Shown here in pieces: positions 1-9,374 of a stretch of 64,000 bases of DNA. The stretch is from an uncultured Bacteroidota bacterium (GTDB lineage Bacteria; Bacteroidota; Bacteroidia; Chitinophagales; Chitinophagaceae): the NCBI GenBank assembly GCA_963806425.1, contig CAWDYB010000010.1, positions 223,453 to 287,452 on the forward strand, given 5' to 3'. A program made the position numbers and the translations under genes. Position 1 is the stretch's first letter. The number at the start of each line of letters is the position of its first letter. Below the pieces are notes generated by a model. That model saw nothing but the letters and a program-made list of their open reading frames with translations. It did no database searches and had not been told where the DNA came from.

Positions 1-481
1 CCACTTTTAATGCAGGGTGAAACAGCGGTGCATGCATAAAACAAAAGCCTGCTTTTTCTATCTCATTTATCAATTTGCCGGTATCGGAAGAAAATTTATA
101 CCCGAGGTGTTCCATTACATTCGATGCACCACTTACAGAAGTTGCTCCATAATTACCATGCTTTGCAACTTTTTGACCTGCGCCAGCCACTACGAAGCAA
201 GCCAGCGTAGAAATATTAAAAGTATTTTTTCCATCACCACCGGTGCCAACAATATCTATCACCTTATTTTCCCCTAAATCAACCTTAACACATAATTGAA
301 GAAGCGCATCGCGAAAGCCCTGCAGTTCTTCTATGGTAATGCTGCGCATGAGAAACACGGTTACAAAAGCGGTGATCTCGGTTTCATTATACACACCATT
401 GGCAATGTTAACCAGCACCTCTTGTGCCTGGGAGCGACCCATGGTTTTATGTTCAAATAAATATTGCAGAATTTTCTTCAT
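1..481 (-). CDS. trpD: anthranilate phosphoribosyltransferase, N-terminal part (gene runs off the left edge)
   Basis: Not in the ORF track because it is truncated. Reverse-strand translation from the ATG at 479-481 reads MKKILQYLFEHKTMGRSQAQEVL...DIVGTGGDGKNTFNISTLACFVVAGAGQKVAKHGN, which contains the TrpD glycine-rich PRPP motif. It lies 13 nt downstream of trpG in trpE-trpG-trpD order. Confidence 0.85.
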   Translation of the reverse strand, partial: MKKILQYLFEHKTMGRSQAQEVLVNIANGVYNETEITAFVTVFLMRSITIEELQGFRDALLQLCVKVDLGENKVIDIVGTGGDGKNTFNISTLACFVVAGAGQKVAKHGNYGATSVSGASNVMEHLGYKFSSDTGKLINEIEKAGFCFMHAPLFHPALKV

Positions 482-494
482 TGCTATTATTTCT

Positions 495-1061
495 TTATTG
501 CTTTAACCAGTTGCGCATAATGGTTTCACCATCAGGAGTAAGAACACTTTCCGGATGAAATTGCACACCGGTTATATCGTATGTTTTATGTTGTAAAGCC
601 ATTACAAAACCATTTTCATCGGTGGCTGTGACTTCTAATTCTGACGGAAAATTTTCATTACTGATAATCCAGCTGTGATAACGCCCAACAGCGATTTCAG
701 AAGGCAGGCCATTAAATAAACTCTTACCCGTAACCAGTTTGCAGGAAGTCGCAACGCCATGATACACTGTTGAAAGATTTGTAAGTGTTCCGCCAAAGGC
801 CTCACCAATTGCCTGGTGTCCCAGACACACGCCCAGTATAGATTTGGTGCTGCCATATTCTTTAATTAACGGCAGCAGTAAACCTGCTTCTACAGGAATA
901 CCCGGACCGGGCGACAGTATGATCTTGTCATAATCTCTAACCTTTTCGAGTGGTATCTGATCGTTTCGAAAAACATTCACTTTATCCTGAATGATTTTTT
1001 CAATCAGGTGTACCAGGTTATAGGTAAACGAATCATAATTATCAAAAACCAGAATTTTCAT
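495..1061 (-). CDS. trpG: anthranilate synthase component II (glutamine amidotransferase)
   Basis: 188 aa class-I GATase with GVCLGHQ (catalytic Cys) and FHPES (His/Glu). It lies between trpE and trpD. Confidence 0.9.
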   Translation of the reverse strand: MKILVFDNYDSFTYNLVHLIEKIIQDKVNVFRNDQIPLEKVRDYDKIILSPGPGIPVEAGLLLPLIKEYGSTKSILGVCLGHQAIGEAFGGTLTNLSTVYHGVATSCKLVTGKSLFNGLPSEIAVGRYHSWIISNENFPSELEVTATDENGFVMALQHKTYDITGVQFHPESVLTPDGETIMRNWLKQ

Positions 1062-1080
1062 TTTGCTTTGTATTTGTTTT

Positions 1081-2508
1081 TCATGCTAATTCTGCAGCAA
1101 GAATTATTGCATTCTTTAAAGCGCCGAGTTTATTATTCACTTCCTGCAATTCAGTTTCAGGATCAGATGCGGCTACCACGCCGGCACCTGCCTGGTACAT
1201 AAGGGTGTTATTCTTGCTTAAAAAGGTGCGGATCATAATTGCCTGGTTGCAGTTTCCATTAAAACCAACAGAGCCAATGCAGCCGCCATAATAACCTCTT
1301 TGGTCGTTTTCATATTCATCTATTAATTGCATGGCTCTAAATTTAGGCGCACCGCTTAATGTGCCCGCAGGAAAGGTTGATGCAACAAGGTGAAATGGAT
1401 TGGTGCCGGGCTTAACCCTGCCAGTAACCTCACTTACCATGTGTATTACATGGGAGTAATATTGAACCTGCCTGTAACTGTTTACTTTAACATCATCACA
1501 TGTGCGGCTCAGATCATTACGGGCAAGATCTACCAGCATTGTATGTTCTGCATTTTCTTTTGCATCTTTCAAAAGTTTGGTTGCAAGCTCACTGTCTTTT
1601 TCATCATCACCTGTTCTTTTAAAAGTGCCTGCGATGGGGTGCACTATTGCTTTGCCGTTTGAAATAATAAGCTGCGACTCAGGGCTTGAACCCATTAATT
1701 TATAATCGCCATAATCAAAATAAAATAAATAGGGAGAAGGGTTTATACTTCGTAATGCGCGGTACACATTAAATTCATCGCCTGAAAAATGTTGGGTGAA
1801 TTTTCTGCTTAAAACAATTTGAAAAACATCGCCACGTAAACAGCTCTGTATGCCTTTGCGTACCATGGCAACATATTCTTCATCTACCATGTTAGATGTT
1901 TCATTATTCAGTGCATTAAAAGGGTATGCAGGTACATCTTTACTTTTAATAAGGGAAGTTATCAGGTCGAATTCACTATCTATGCCGGGAACAATATTTT
2001 CGCACACATACATTTCGTCTTTAAAATGATTGATGATAATTACATACTGGTACAACCTGTACCGCATCAATGGAATTTGCAAATCATCGTCCTGCTTTCT
2101 TTCATGCGATTTTAAACGAACCGTATCGAAGAACTGAACGGCATCGTAAGTAGTGTAACCAAACAAGCTTTGTGCTATTTGTATAGCCTTATCTGCGGGA
2201 GGTTCTGCAGTAAAGGCAGACATAAACTCCCATATAATTTCAGGGACTTCATTCAGATTATGTAAATCTTTTCTTTGAGGATTTTGCCCGGGATATTTAA
2301 GTTCAATTGAATCGTAGTTACTTATTTCAATACCCCCGATTGCATTAATGCAAATAAGCGAAATACTATTTTCGGCGGCCCGGTTATCGGCACTCTCCAA
2401 TAAGATAGTATCCCTGAAACGATCGCGCAGACGCAGGTAAATACCAACCGGTGTAAATACATCGGAAAGCATTTTATTAAAGCGGTTATTTATTGTAATT
2501 TTTTTCAT
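1081..2508 (-). CDS. trpE: anthranilate synthase component I
   Basis: 475 aa. It has chorismate-binding enzyme motifs (FPAGTLSGAPK, GYYGGCIG, GAGVVAASDPE) and the N-terminal LLESA Trp feedback region. Confidence 0.93.
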   Translation of the reverse strand: MKKITINNRFNKMLSDVFTPVGIYLRLRDRFRDTILLESADNRAAENSISLICINAIGGIEISNYDSIELKYPGQNPQRKDLHNLNEVPEIIWEFMSAFTAEPPADKAIQIAQSLFGYTTYDAVQFFDTVRLKSHERKQDDDLQIPLMRYRLYQYVIIINHFKDEMYVCENIVPGIDSEFDLITSLIKSKDVPAYPFNALNNETSNMVDEEYVAMVRKGIQSCLRGDVFQIVLSRKFTQHFSGDEFNVYRALRSINPSPYLFYFDYGDYKLMGSSPESQLIISNGKAIVHPIAGTFKRTGDDEKDSELATKLLKDAKENAEHTMLVDLARNDLSRTCDDVKVNSYRQVQYYSHVIHMVSEVTGRVKPGTNPFHLVASTFPAGTLSGAPKFRAMQLIDEYENDQRGYYGGCIGSVGFNGNCNQAIMIRTFLSKNNTLMYQAGAGVVAASDPETELQEVNNKLGALKNAIILAAELA

Positions 2509-2545
2509 TTATATGAAAAATGTTAACGGAAGATTTAATAATTTA

Positions 2546-2572
2546 AAAGCCCCGACATACTGCCGGGGCTTT
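2546..2572 (-). terminator. trp attenuator terminator hairpin
   Basis: The minus-strand RNA reads AAAGCCCCG-GCAGUAUGU-CGGGGCUUU followed by UAAAUUAUU. This is a 9-bp stem lying 38 nt upstream of the trpE ATG and downstream of the leader ORF. Confidence 0.7.
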
Positions 2573-2608
2573 ACTTATTTATGGAACCAACCAATCATTG
2601 ATATGCCA

Positions 2609-2668
2609 TTACAAGCCCCTGCAGGAGTTTGAATGCCACCAACGATTATTGATCATTTTAATTTTCAT
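2609..2668 (-). CDS. trpL: trp operon leader peptide (19 aa, tandem Trp codons)
   Basis: Minus-strand ORF ATG AAA ATT AAA ATG ATC AAT AAT CGT TGG TGG CAT TCA AAC TCC TGC AGG GGC TTG TAA = MKIKMINNRWWHSNSCRGL. The TGG TGG pair is at 2636-2641. The 3' end of the ORF is complementary to the 5' arm of the terminator. Confidence 0.7.
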   Translation of the reverse strand: MKIKMINNRWWHSNSCRGL

Positions 2669-2831
2669 TGCATTGCAAATATGGGGGATATTTTGAAAAG
2701 AAAAAATTTTAAAGTTTCAAAATAACTTATACTCATTGTGCACCTTACAACCAAAAACTTATACCGGGAAAACAAATAATTTTTATTTTTAATAAGCAAT
2801 TTACCATCATTTAACGTTAACCAATGTAGCA

Positions 2832-3944
2832 ATGGTTTCGGAACAAACCGGGAATTCTTTGCCTGAACGATTACTTTCTTTAGATGTGATGCGCGGCTTT
2901 ATTATGGTGTTATTGGCACTGGAAAGCACAGGATTATACGGGCACTTGTTTAAAGCATCAAAAGAATCTTTTTTACAAAATTTCTTTTTGCAGTTTTTTC
3001 ATCATCCATGGAATGGACTAAGATTTTGGGATCTTATACAACCCGGGTTTATGTACATGGCTGGTATATCTCTTGCCTATTCATTACACCGTCAAACAGA
3101 GAAGGGTTATACCTGGTTACAATCATTTAAAAAGGCTATAAAACGAAGTGGCTGGCTTTTCTTTTGGGGTGTACTTGACTATGCGGTTAGGCCCGGTGGC
3201 TTATCGTTTGAGTTGTGGGATGTACTTACACAGCTATCGTTCACAACACTTGTTGCTTTTTTAATTTTTCGCTGGAGTTTTACTGCACAGATATTTACAT
3301 GTATAGGAATTTTGTTGGTCACAGAGGGGTTATACCGTTTCTCGAACGTACCGAATTTTAATGAGCCCTTTACAGATCAGCACAATTTCGGCAACCTTAT
3401 GGATGTGCTGCTGATGAATAAAATTAATGGGGACGGATGGGTTGCAATAAATGCTTTACCTACTGCAGTACATACTATAGCCGGTGCACTTACAGGACGA
3501 TTGTTACTTTATAAAAAAAACAACACGCTTAATATTTTACTGGCCTGGGCTGTTATTGTTTTTGTTGCAGGTTTTGCCCTGGACCTGACAGGAATTACAC
3601 CAATAATAAAACGTATTGCAACCTCATCTTTTGTACTTGCATCATTAGGCTGGTGTTTGCTTGCGCTGGCTTTTTTTTACTGGTGGATCGATCTTCGCAA
3701 CCACAGAAATTATGTTCAATTTTTTATTGTTATCGGGATGAATTCATTATTCATTTACCTTTTCTTTGAGATCGTAGGAAGCAGGTGGTTTAACGGGTAT
3801 ATTGCGGCTTTAACCAATGGATTGCTATCAATCGTTGGTACCCCGCAAATATTGAGCGCAATTATTACCTCGTTATGCATTTTTGCACTGGAATGGGGGT
3901 TATGTTATTTTCTGTATAGAAAAAGAATTTTCTTCAGGTTGTAA
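2832..3944 (+). CDS. polytopic membrane protein, HGSNAT/DUF5009-like acyltransferase family
   Basis: 370 aa with many TM helices. The N-terminal RLLSLDVMRGFIMVLLALE motif is typical of heparan-alpha-glucosaminide N-acetyltransferase-like (DUF1624/DUF5009) proteins. Confidence 0.5.
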   Translation: MVSEQTGNSLPERLLSLDVMRGFIMVLLALESTGLYGHLFKASKESFLQNFFLQFFHHPWNGLRFWDLIQPGFMYMAGISLAYSLHRQTEKGYTWLQSFKKAIKRSGWLFFWGVLDYAVRPGGLSFELWDVLTQLSFTTLVAFLIFRWSFTAQIFTCIGILLVTEGLYRFSNVPNFNEPFTDQHNFGNLMDVLLMNKINGDGWVAINALPTAVHTIAGALTGRLLLYKKNNTLNILLAWAVIVFVAGFALDLTGITPIIKRIATSSFVLASLGWCLLALAFFYWWIDLRNHRNYVQFFIVIGMNSLFIYLFFEIVGSRWFNGYIAALTNGLLSIVGTPQILSAIITSLCIFALEWGLCYFLYRKRIFFRL

Positions 3945-3951
3945 TTTATAC

Positions 3952-4365
3952 CTATTTAACAGAAGGTCGAACGGCCTTAACTTCTGCTGAAGTAACACTG
4001 CTTGCTGTGTTGCCAAAGCTCTTTCTAATGTATGTAAGAACGTCGGCAATTTGCTGGTCGTTTAAGAAATTCTGAGGTGGCATATTATTGCTATAATATT
4101 CACCATCTATTTCGGTTTTATCTTTTGGAGTGCCTTGCAGCATCCATTTAATTAAATTCTTTTTATCGCCAATAACATTAGGAGCCTTTGCCAGGGGCGG
4201 GTTAAGACGAGGAACACCGCTTCCGTTTTTCTGGTGGCATGTTAAACAATACTGTGTGTAAATTACATGCCCTCTTTCAATGGATGTGGCAGCCGCATCT
4301 GGGGATTGTGCATTAAGTGCGGTTGAACCTAATATAGCTACGATTATAAATACAATACTTTTCAT
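3952..4365 (-). CDS. class I c-type cytochrome
   Basis: 137 aa with a signal peptide, one CLTCH heme-binding CXXCH motif and a distal NMPP Met ligand region. It lies 7 nt downstream of the dehydrogenase gene. Confidence 0.85.
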   Translation of the reverse strand: MKSIVFIIVAILGSTALNAQSPDAAATSIERGHVIYTQYCLTCHQKNGSGVPRLNPPLAKAPNVIGDKKNLIKWMLQGTPKDKTEIDGEYYSNNMPPQNFLNDQQIADVLTYIRKSFGNTASSVTSAEVKAVRPSVK

Positions 4366-4372
4366 AATCTTA

Positions 4373-5677
4373 TTATCCTTTGTAGGTTATTTTGTAGATA
4401 GCGCCTTTTACATCATCCGATATATATAAAGCCCCATCACTACCCTGTGTTATACCGCAGGGGCGGTGAACGGCATCACCAGGAGACTCTACTACTTCCA
4501 TGCCAGCAAATCCATCAGCAAAAATTTCCCATTCGCCTGCGGGCTTGCCGTTATTGAACGGTACGAATGCAACAAAATATCCTTTTTGCGGAAGGGGTGC
4601 CCGATTCCAGGAACCATGAAATGCTATGAATGCACCGTTACGATATTTTTCGGGAAATGCACTGCCGGTATAAAACACCATGCCATTGGGTGCCAGATGT
4701 CCGGGAAAGGCAACCGCAGGATCAATATATTTTGCATCGGCTTCTTTTTTTCCATCTCCCCCATATTCAGGAGCAACCATTTTTTTATTTTGAATCTGGT
4801 CGTAATACATATAGGGCCATCCTGCATTATCACCTTCTTTTAGTTCGTACATGCACTCTGCAGGTAATTCGGCACTTTCTTTTTCTGAATACAGGTCTGG
4901 ATAAAGATCATGCAACTGATCCCTGCCATGCTGCATAACAAAAAGTGAGTTGGTATTGCTATTCCAGTCTAGCCCTACTACATTTCGTAAACCTGTTGCA
5001 TACCGGGTACCTTCTGCATACGATTGGTTTTGTTTGTCAGCACTGAATTTCCAGATGCCACCTGCGTGTTCAAGAATAGGACAGGGTTGCATGCCAGGGG
5101 AGCCTTTGGTTCGGTTCGCCTCCTGGCAGGCATTACTGTAAGCGCCAATATTTACATAAATATTTCCCTCATTATCTAATGTTATTGATTTTGATGCATG
5201 CTCATTTTTATCAATTAGATCTTTTACAATTGTTTCAGGTGTTGCTGAAACATCTACGTGACCATCGTCTTTTATTTTATACCGGAAAATAGAAGTGTTG
5301 GATGATGCATATAAATACCCGTTTTTTATTGCCATACCTGTACCTGAATAATCTCCAAACCCATGGGCGATCTCCATTTTTCCATCTTTATTTGCATCCT
5401 GCAAAAGGTATATTCCTTTTTTATCTTTCAACCTTTCGAGCTTTACATAAATATGTCCATTTTCGGTTACGGCTAAATGCCTTGCATTTTTTAAATCTGT
5501 TGCAATTATTTCGGCAGAGAAGCCATCGGGAAGGGTAAGACCTTCATTTTTAATGGTACTATCGGTTACATTACCGTACGTATAAGATACCGAAACAAGG
5601 CAAATTGCTATTAGAACCAGGGGTAAGATTTTTTTCATAAATAAAAGTATTGCTGCTAAAATAAGCTTTATAAACAC
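4373..5677 (-). CDS. PQQ-dependent (sorbosone/glucose) dehydrogenase family beta-propeller protein
   Basis: 434 aa, though the start is more likely the internal MKKILPLVL. It has sorbosone dehydrogenase-like motifs (GLRNVVGLDW, HGRDQL, GWPYMYYD, HGSWNR) and is paired with a cytochrome c. Confidence 0.75.
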   Translation of the reverse strand: MFIKLILAAILLFMKKILPLVLIAICLVSVSYTYGNVTDSTIKNEGLTLPDGFSAEIIATDLKNARHLAVTENGHIYVKLERLKDKKGIYLLQDANKDGKMEIAHGFGDYSGTGMAIKNGYLYASSNTSIFRYKIKDDGHVDVSATPETIVKDLIDKNEHASKSITLDNEGNIYVNIGAYSNACQEANRTKGSPGMQPCPILEHAGGIWKFSADKQNQSYAEGTRYATGLRNVVGLDWNSNTNSLFVMQHGRDQLHDLYPDLYSEKESAELPAECMYELKEGDNAGWPYMYYDQIQNKKMVAPEYGGDGKKEADAKYIDPAVAFPGHLAPNGMVFYTGSAFPEKYRNGAFIAFHGSWNRAPLPQKGYFVAFVPFNNGKPAGEWEIFADGFAGMEVVESPGDAVHRPCGITQGSDGALYISDDVKGAIYKITYKG

Positions 5678-5730
5678 TGGTTAATCGATAAGCATTAAAC
5701 CTTAAGATTTTTAAAACATTTAAATAAAAA

Positions 5731-5750
5731 AAGGCTGCATTTGCAGCCTT
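5731..5750 (-). terminator. intrinsic terminator after the DUF4142 gene
   Basis: aaggctgc-attt-gcagcctt hairpin with an A-run on the plus-strand left flank, which is a U-run on the minus strand. It lies 20 nt downstream of the stop at 5771. Confidence 0.7.
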
Positions 5751-5770
5751 AAAATAAAAGTGTTTAATAA

Positions 5771-6370
5771 TTACTTTTTAATGGTATCGTCTAATTTCTG
5801 TGCCTGATCCAGGTGTTGTTTTAAAGCAGGCAGCATTTTATTTACCCATGCTTTAAGTTCAGCGTCACCATCTGTATTATCTGCAAGATCCTCGAAGTTG
5901 CCCACGGTTTTTTTATGGTCAGACACCATAAGGTTAATGTAGGCTTTGTCAAAATCTTTACCTGATTTTTCAGACAGGTCTTTAAGATCTTCCTGGTGAT
6001 CTTCTCCAACTGTTGCGGGTAGTGTAACATTTTTAGTGGCAGCAAGTTGTTTTAATTCGTCGTTTGCTTTAGTATGATCGTTTACCATCATATCAGCAAA
6101 TGCTTTAACCTGTGGATTCGTTGCTTTTTGCTGTGCAACTTTAGAGGATTCAACTTCCATCATTCCACCGTTAGCGGTTTCAACCATAAATTTGCTGTCG
6201 TTTTCACTTACAGCCATTGTTCGTTGCATATTATTATTACCAGAATCGTCGCCATCTTTGTTTTCGTTCATTTCCTGGGCAGTGTCTACAGCATCATCGT
6301 TAGCGTCTTCACACGATTGAAAGACAAAAACTGCAATTAAAATAGCAAATAGAAAACTGTACTTTTTCAT
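5771..6370 (-). CDS. DUF4142 domain lipoprotein
   Basis: 199 aa with lipobox VFQSC and two repeats of the DUF4142-type helical motif (FMVETANGGMMEVESSKVAQQKA..., MVNDHTKANDELK, MVSDHKKTV). Confidence 0.75.
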   Translation of the reverse strand: MKKYSFLFAILIAVFVFQSCEDANDDAVDTAQEMNENKDGDDSGNNNMQRTMAVSENDSKFMVETANGGMMEVESSKVAQQKATNPQVKAFADMMVNDHTKANDELKQLAATKNVTLPATVGEDHQEDLKDLSEKSGKDFDKAYINLMVSDHKKTVGNFEDLADNTDGDAELKAWVNKMLPALKQHLDQAQKLDDTIKK

Positions 6371-6468
6371 AACGTTTAAGTTTTATTTAATAGGGTAGGG
6401 CAAAATGCATGCCCCTGTAAAATGGCTATTGCTGACAAAGGACTGTAAAAGAAATTCCCCAACAATGG

Positions 6469-7074
6469 CTAAACACCGGCAAGAAATCTTTCGGAAACCT
6501 TTGGCCAGTTAATAACATTGAAGAACGCGCTTAAATAATCAGCTCTTTTATTTTGATATTTTAAATAATAAGCGTGCTCCCAAACATCTACACCTAATAA
6601 TGGCTGGCAGCGGCATTCTGCTACATCCATTAAAGGGTTATCCTGGTTAGGAGTTGAACAAATAACCAGCTTACCTTCTTTCTTACCCAGCCAGGCCCAT
6701 CCACTTCCAAATCGCGTCATACCTGCCTGAGAAAATTTTTCTTTAAAACTATCGAAGCCTCCGAAATCAGATTCTATTGCTTCGGCAAGTTTTCCATCAG
6801 GTTTACCCCCTGTGTTATATGCAAGCGATTCCCAAAAGAAAGAATGGTTCCAGTGACCACCACCATTATTTCTAACTGCCGGTGATAGTTTGCTGATATT
6901 TTGCATAATCTCTTCCAGACTTTTGTTTTCATATTCTGTTCCGGAAATTGCCTTGTTTAAATTGTCTACGTAGGCCTGGTGATGTTTATCATGATGTATT
7001 TGCATGGTTTGCACATCAATATGTGGCTCAAGAGCATCAAAGGCATAGGGTAAATCGGGTAAGGTAAAAGACAT
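6469..7074 (-). CDS. Fe/Mn superoxide dismutase
   Basis: 201 aa with [19 protein letters not shown] and [15 protein letters not shown] metal-ligand motifs. Confidence 0.95.
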   Translation of the reverse strand: MSFTLPDLPYAFDALEPHIDVQTMQIHHDKHHQAYVDNLNKAISGTEYENKSLEEIMQNISKLSPAVRNNGGGHWNHSFFWESLAYNTGGKPDGKLAEAIESDFGGFDSFKEKFSQAGMTRFGSGWAWLGKKEGKLVICSTPNQDNPLMDVAECRCQPLLGVDVWEHAYYLKYQNKRADYLSAFFNVINWPKVSERFLAGV

Positions 7075-7233
7075 AAAATTTAATAATTAAGTAGTTTATA
7101 AAAATTGTACGGTTGCTTCAAAGTTAACATTGATGAATTAAATGTGGGCACAGCACTGCCGCAGCATGTATAATTCTTATAATTCCCAACCTCTGCGATC
7201 ATACACAAACAAATAATTAAACACACCTTTTAT

Positions 7234-7701
7234 TCAGCGCCTGGCTTTAAAAAATGCTTTAATTAATTGGGCACAATCATTTTCCAGCACTCCACCAATC
7301 AATTCACTTTTAATATGAAATGGTGCAATACCCACCCCTTCTGCAAGGGCACCATGCACATATTTTCTAAACCCGTTTTTTACATCCTTCGCACCGTAAA
7401 CAATACGTTGCAGTTGCCCCCAGAATATAGCGCCGCTACACATAAGGCAGGGTTCTATGGTAACATATAAGGTGGCTGAGGGCAAATATTTTGCACCCAT
7501 TTTGTTGCATGCCGCTGTTATTGCCAGTATTTCGGCGTGGGCTGTGGGGTCGTTTAGTAATTCTACCTGGTTATGCGCTTTTGCAATTACTTTATTATTC
7601 ATTACAATAACGGCACCTATGGGCACTTCATCTTTTTCGAACGCCAGGTGCGCCTGTTTCAGGGCCATTTGCATATAATATTCATGCGTGTACCGCAACA
7701 T
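7234..7701 (-). CDS. tadA: tRNA adenosine(34) deaminase
   Basis: 155 aa with the CDA-fold zinc motifs HAE and PCLMC. Confidence 0.88.
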   Translation of the reverse strand: MLRYTHEYYMQMALKQAHLAFEKDEVPIGAVIVMNNKVIAKAHNQVELLNDPTAHAEILAITAACNKMGAKYLPSATLYVTIEPCLMCSGAIFWGQLQRIVYGAKDVKNGFRKYVHGALAEGVGIAPFHIKSELIGGVLENDCAQLIKAFFKARR

Positions 7702-7709
7702 ACTTCCGG

Positions 7710-8441
7710 TTAATTTTTTTCAAAAAACCACCACTTCTTTTTACGGGTTTTAATTTTATAGTTATCTGTAATATAAGACCTAATATGGGCCATAGCTTCA
7801 TCAACACTGTCAGTTAATAACACAAGCGAAAGATCTTCCCTGCTTATGGTGCCCTGTTGAGCCATAAATTCCAGATAACTCCACAAGTCTTTATAAAATT
7901 CTTTTCCGAACAATACTATCGGAAACTCGGTTATAGTTTTTGTTTGAATAAGGGTTAGCGTTTCAAAAAATTCATCCATAGTACCAAAACCACCAGGCAT
8001 TATTATAAAAGCGTAAGAATATTTTATAAGCAATGTTTTTCTTACAAAAAAATGTTCGAAGGTTATGGAGGTTTGAACATATTTATTCCCCTGCTGTTCA
8101 AAAGGCAATTTAATGTTACAGCCTACAGAAGCGCCTTTACTTTCAAAGGCACCCCGGTTTGCGGCTTCCATAATTCCTGGTCCTCCGCCCGTCATGGTAG
8201 TAAATCCAATACCGGCTATTCTTTTGCCGAACTCCCTTGCCGAAATATAATAAGCATTGTCTTCTTTAAATCGTGCTGAGCCAAAAACGGTAATACACGG
8301 CCCCACAAAATGCAATGTTCTAATGCCATTAAGAAATTGTTTAAACACCTTCCATACAAAAAGAAATTCATAAGACCGGCTTTTAGGCCCTTCTAGAAAA
8401 ACCTGTTCTTTAGCCGGAATAATTCGTTGAGATGTAGACAT
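7710..8441 (-). CDS. LOG family (TIGR00730-type) nucleotide phosphoribohydrolase
   Basis: 243 aa with GGGPGIMEA and PGGFGTMDE motifs. Confidence 0.85.
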   Translation of the reverse strand: MSTSQRIIPAKEQVFLEGPKSRSYEFLFVWKVFKQFLNGIRTLHFVGPCITVFGSARFKEDNAYYISAREFGKRIAGIGFTTMTGGGPGIMEAANRGAFESKGASVGCNIKLPFEQQGNKYVQTSITFEHFFVRKTLLIKYSYAFIIMPGGFGTMDEFFETLTLIQTKTITEFPIVLFGKEFYKDLWSYLEFMAQQGTISREDLSLVLLTDSVDEAMAHIRSYITDNYKIKTRKKKWWFFEKN

Positions 8442-8563
8442 AATGTTCAGCTAAATTAGTTAACAGGGGTTTATAAAAGTCTTTCAGAGTTTCTCTAAGA
8501 TTAGTTTATAAATGCTTGCACACTTATACCGCATTGTTTACTTTGCATACCCAAAATTTAGGT

Positions 8564-9331
8564 ATGCGCATCATCAGTTATAATGTAAATGGTATCCGGT
8601 CGGCGATAAATAAAGGCTTTATTGAATGGCTGAAAACCAAACCGGCAGATGTGGTATGCCTGCAGGAAACCAAGGCGCAGGAACAAAATGTTAACCCGCA
8701 ATTATTTAATGAAGCGGGATATAAAGGGTGGTGGTTTTCTGCACAAAAAAAGGGTACAGCGGGGTGGCTGTATTTAGTATGATAGAACCTGATAATATTG
8801 AATATGGCAATGGGGATGCGGTAAGTGATGATGAAGGGAGAATTATTCAACTTGATTTTGGAGATACACGGCTTATTAATGCTTACTTTCCCTCAGGTAC
8901 ATCCGGGGATTTAAGGCAGGCTGTAAAATACCAATGGCTCGATGATATGCAGGCATATTTAAAAAAACTTCGTAAAAAACATCCTAAGCTTATTCTTTGT
9001 GGGGATTATAATATTGCTCATAAAGAAATTGACGTGCATAACCCAAAGCGAAATAAAAACATTACCGGGTTTTTGCCCAGGGAAAGGGAGTGGCTGGATA
9101 AATTTTTTAAAGAGCGGCTGGATTGATGTTTTCCGCGAGTTTCACCCGGAACCAGAAAGATACACCTGGTGGAACACCTTTCGACCTTCTACAAGAGAAG
9201 AGAATAAGGGCTGGAGAATAGATTACATAAGTGTTACAGAACCCCTTAAAAAAGACCTTGTTGATGCAGATATATTTCCGGGTGTTAAACACAGTGATCA
9301 TTGCCCGGTTTATGCAGAAATTAAGCTATAA
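8564..9331 (+). pseudogene. xth: exodeoxyribonuclease III, interrupted by two frameshifts
   Basis: Three overlapping ORF pieces (8516-8782, 8728-9126, 8999-9331) join into one Xth: MRIISYNVNGIR...CLQETK...GDYNIAH...WRIDY...SDHCPV. Break 1 is at the A7 run 8745-8751 and break 2 is near 9105-9120. Confidence 0.85.
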
Positions 9332-9374
9332 TTTGTTTACCTAAACTATTTAATGATTTTTTTGTTTTAATGCT

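Noticed and set aside
17-277. 86-aa plus-strand ORF at the left edge
   Set aside because: It lies antisense inside the clearly recognisable trpD coding sequence and has no motif of its own.
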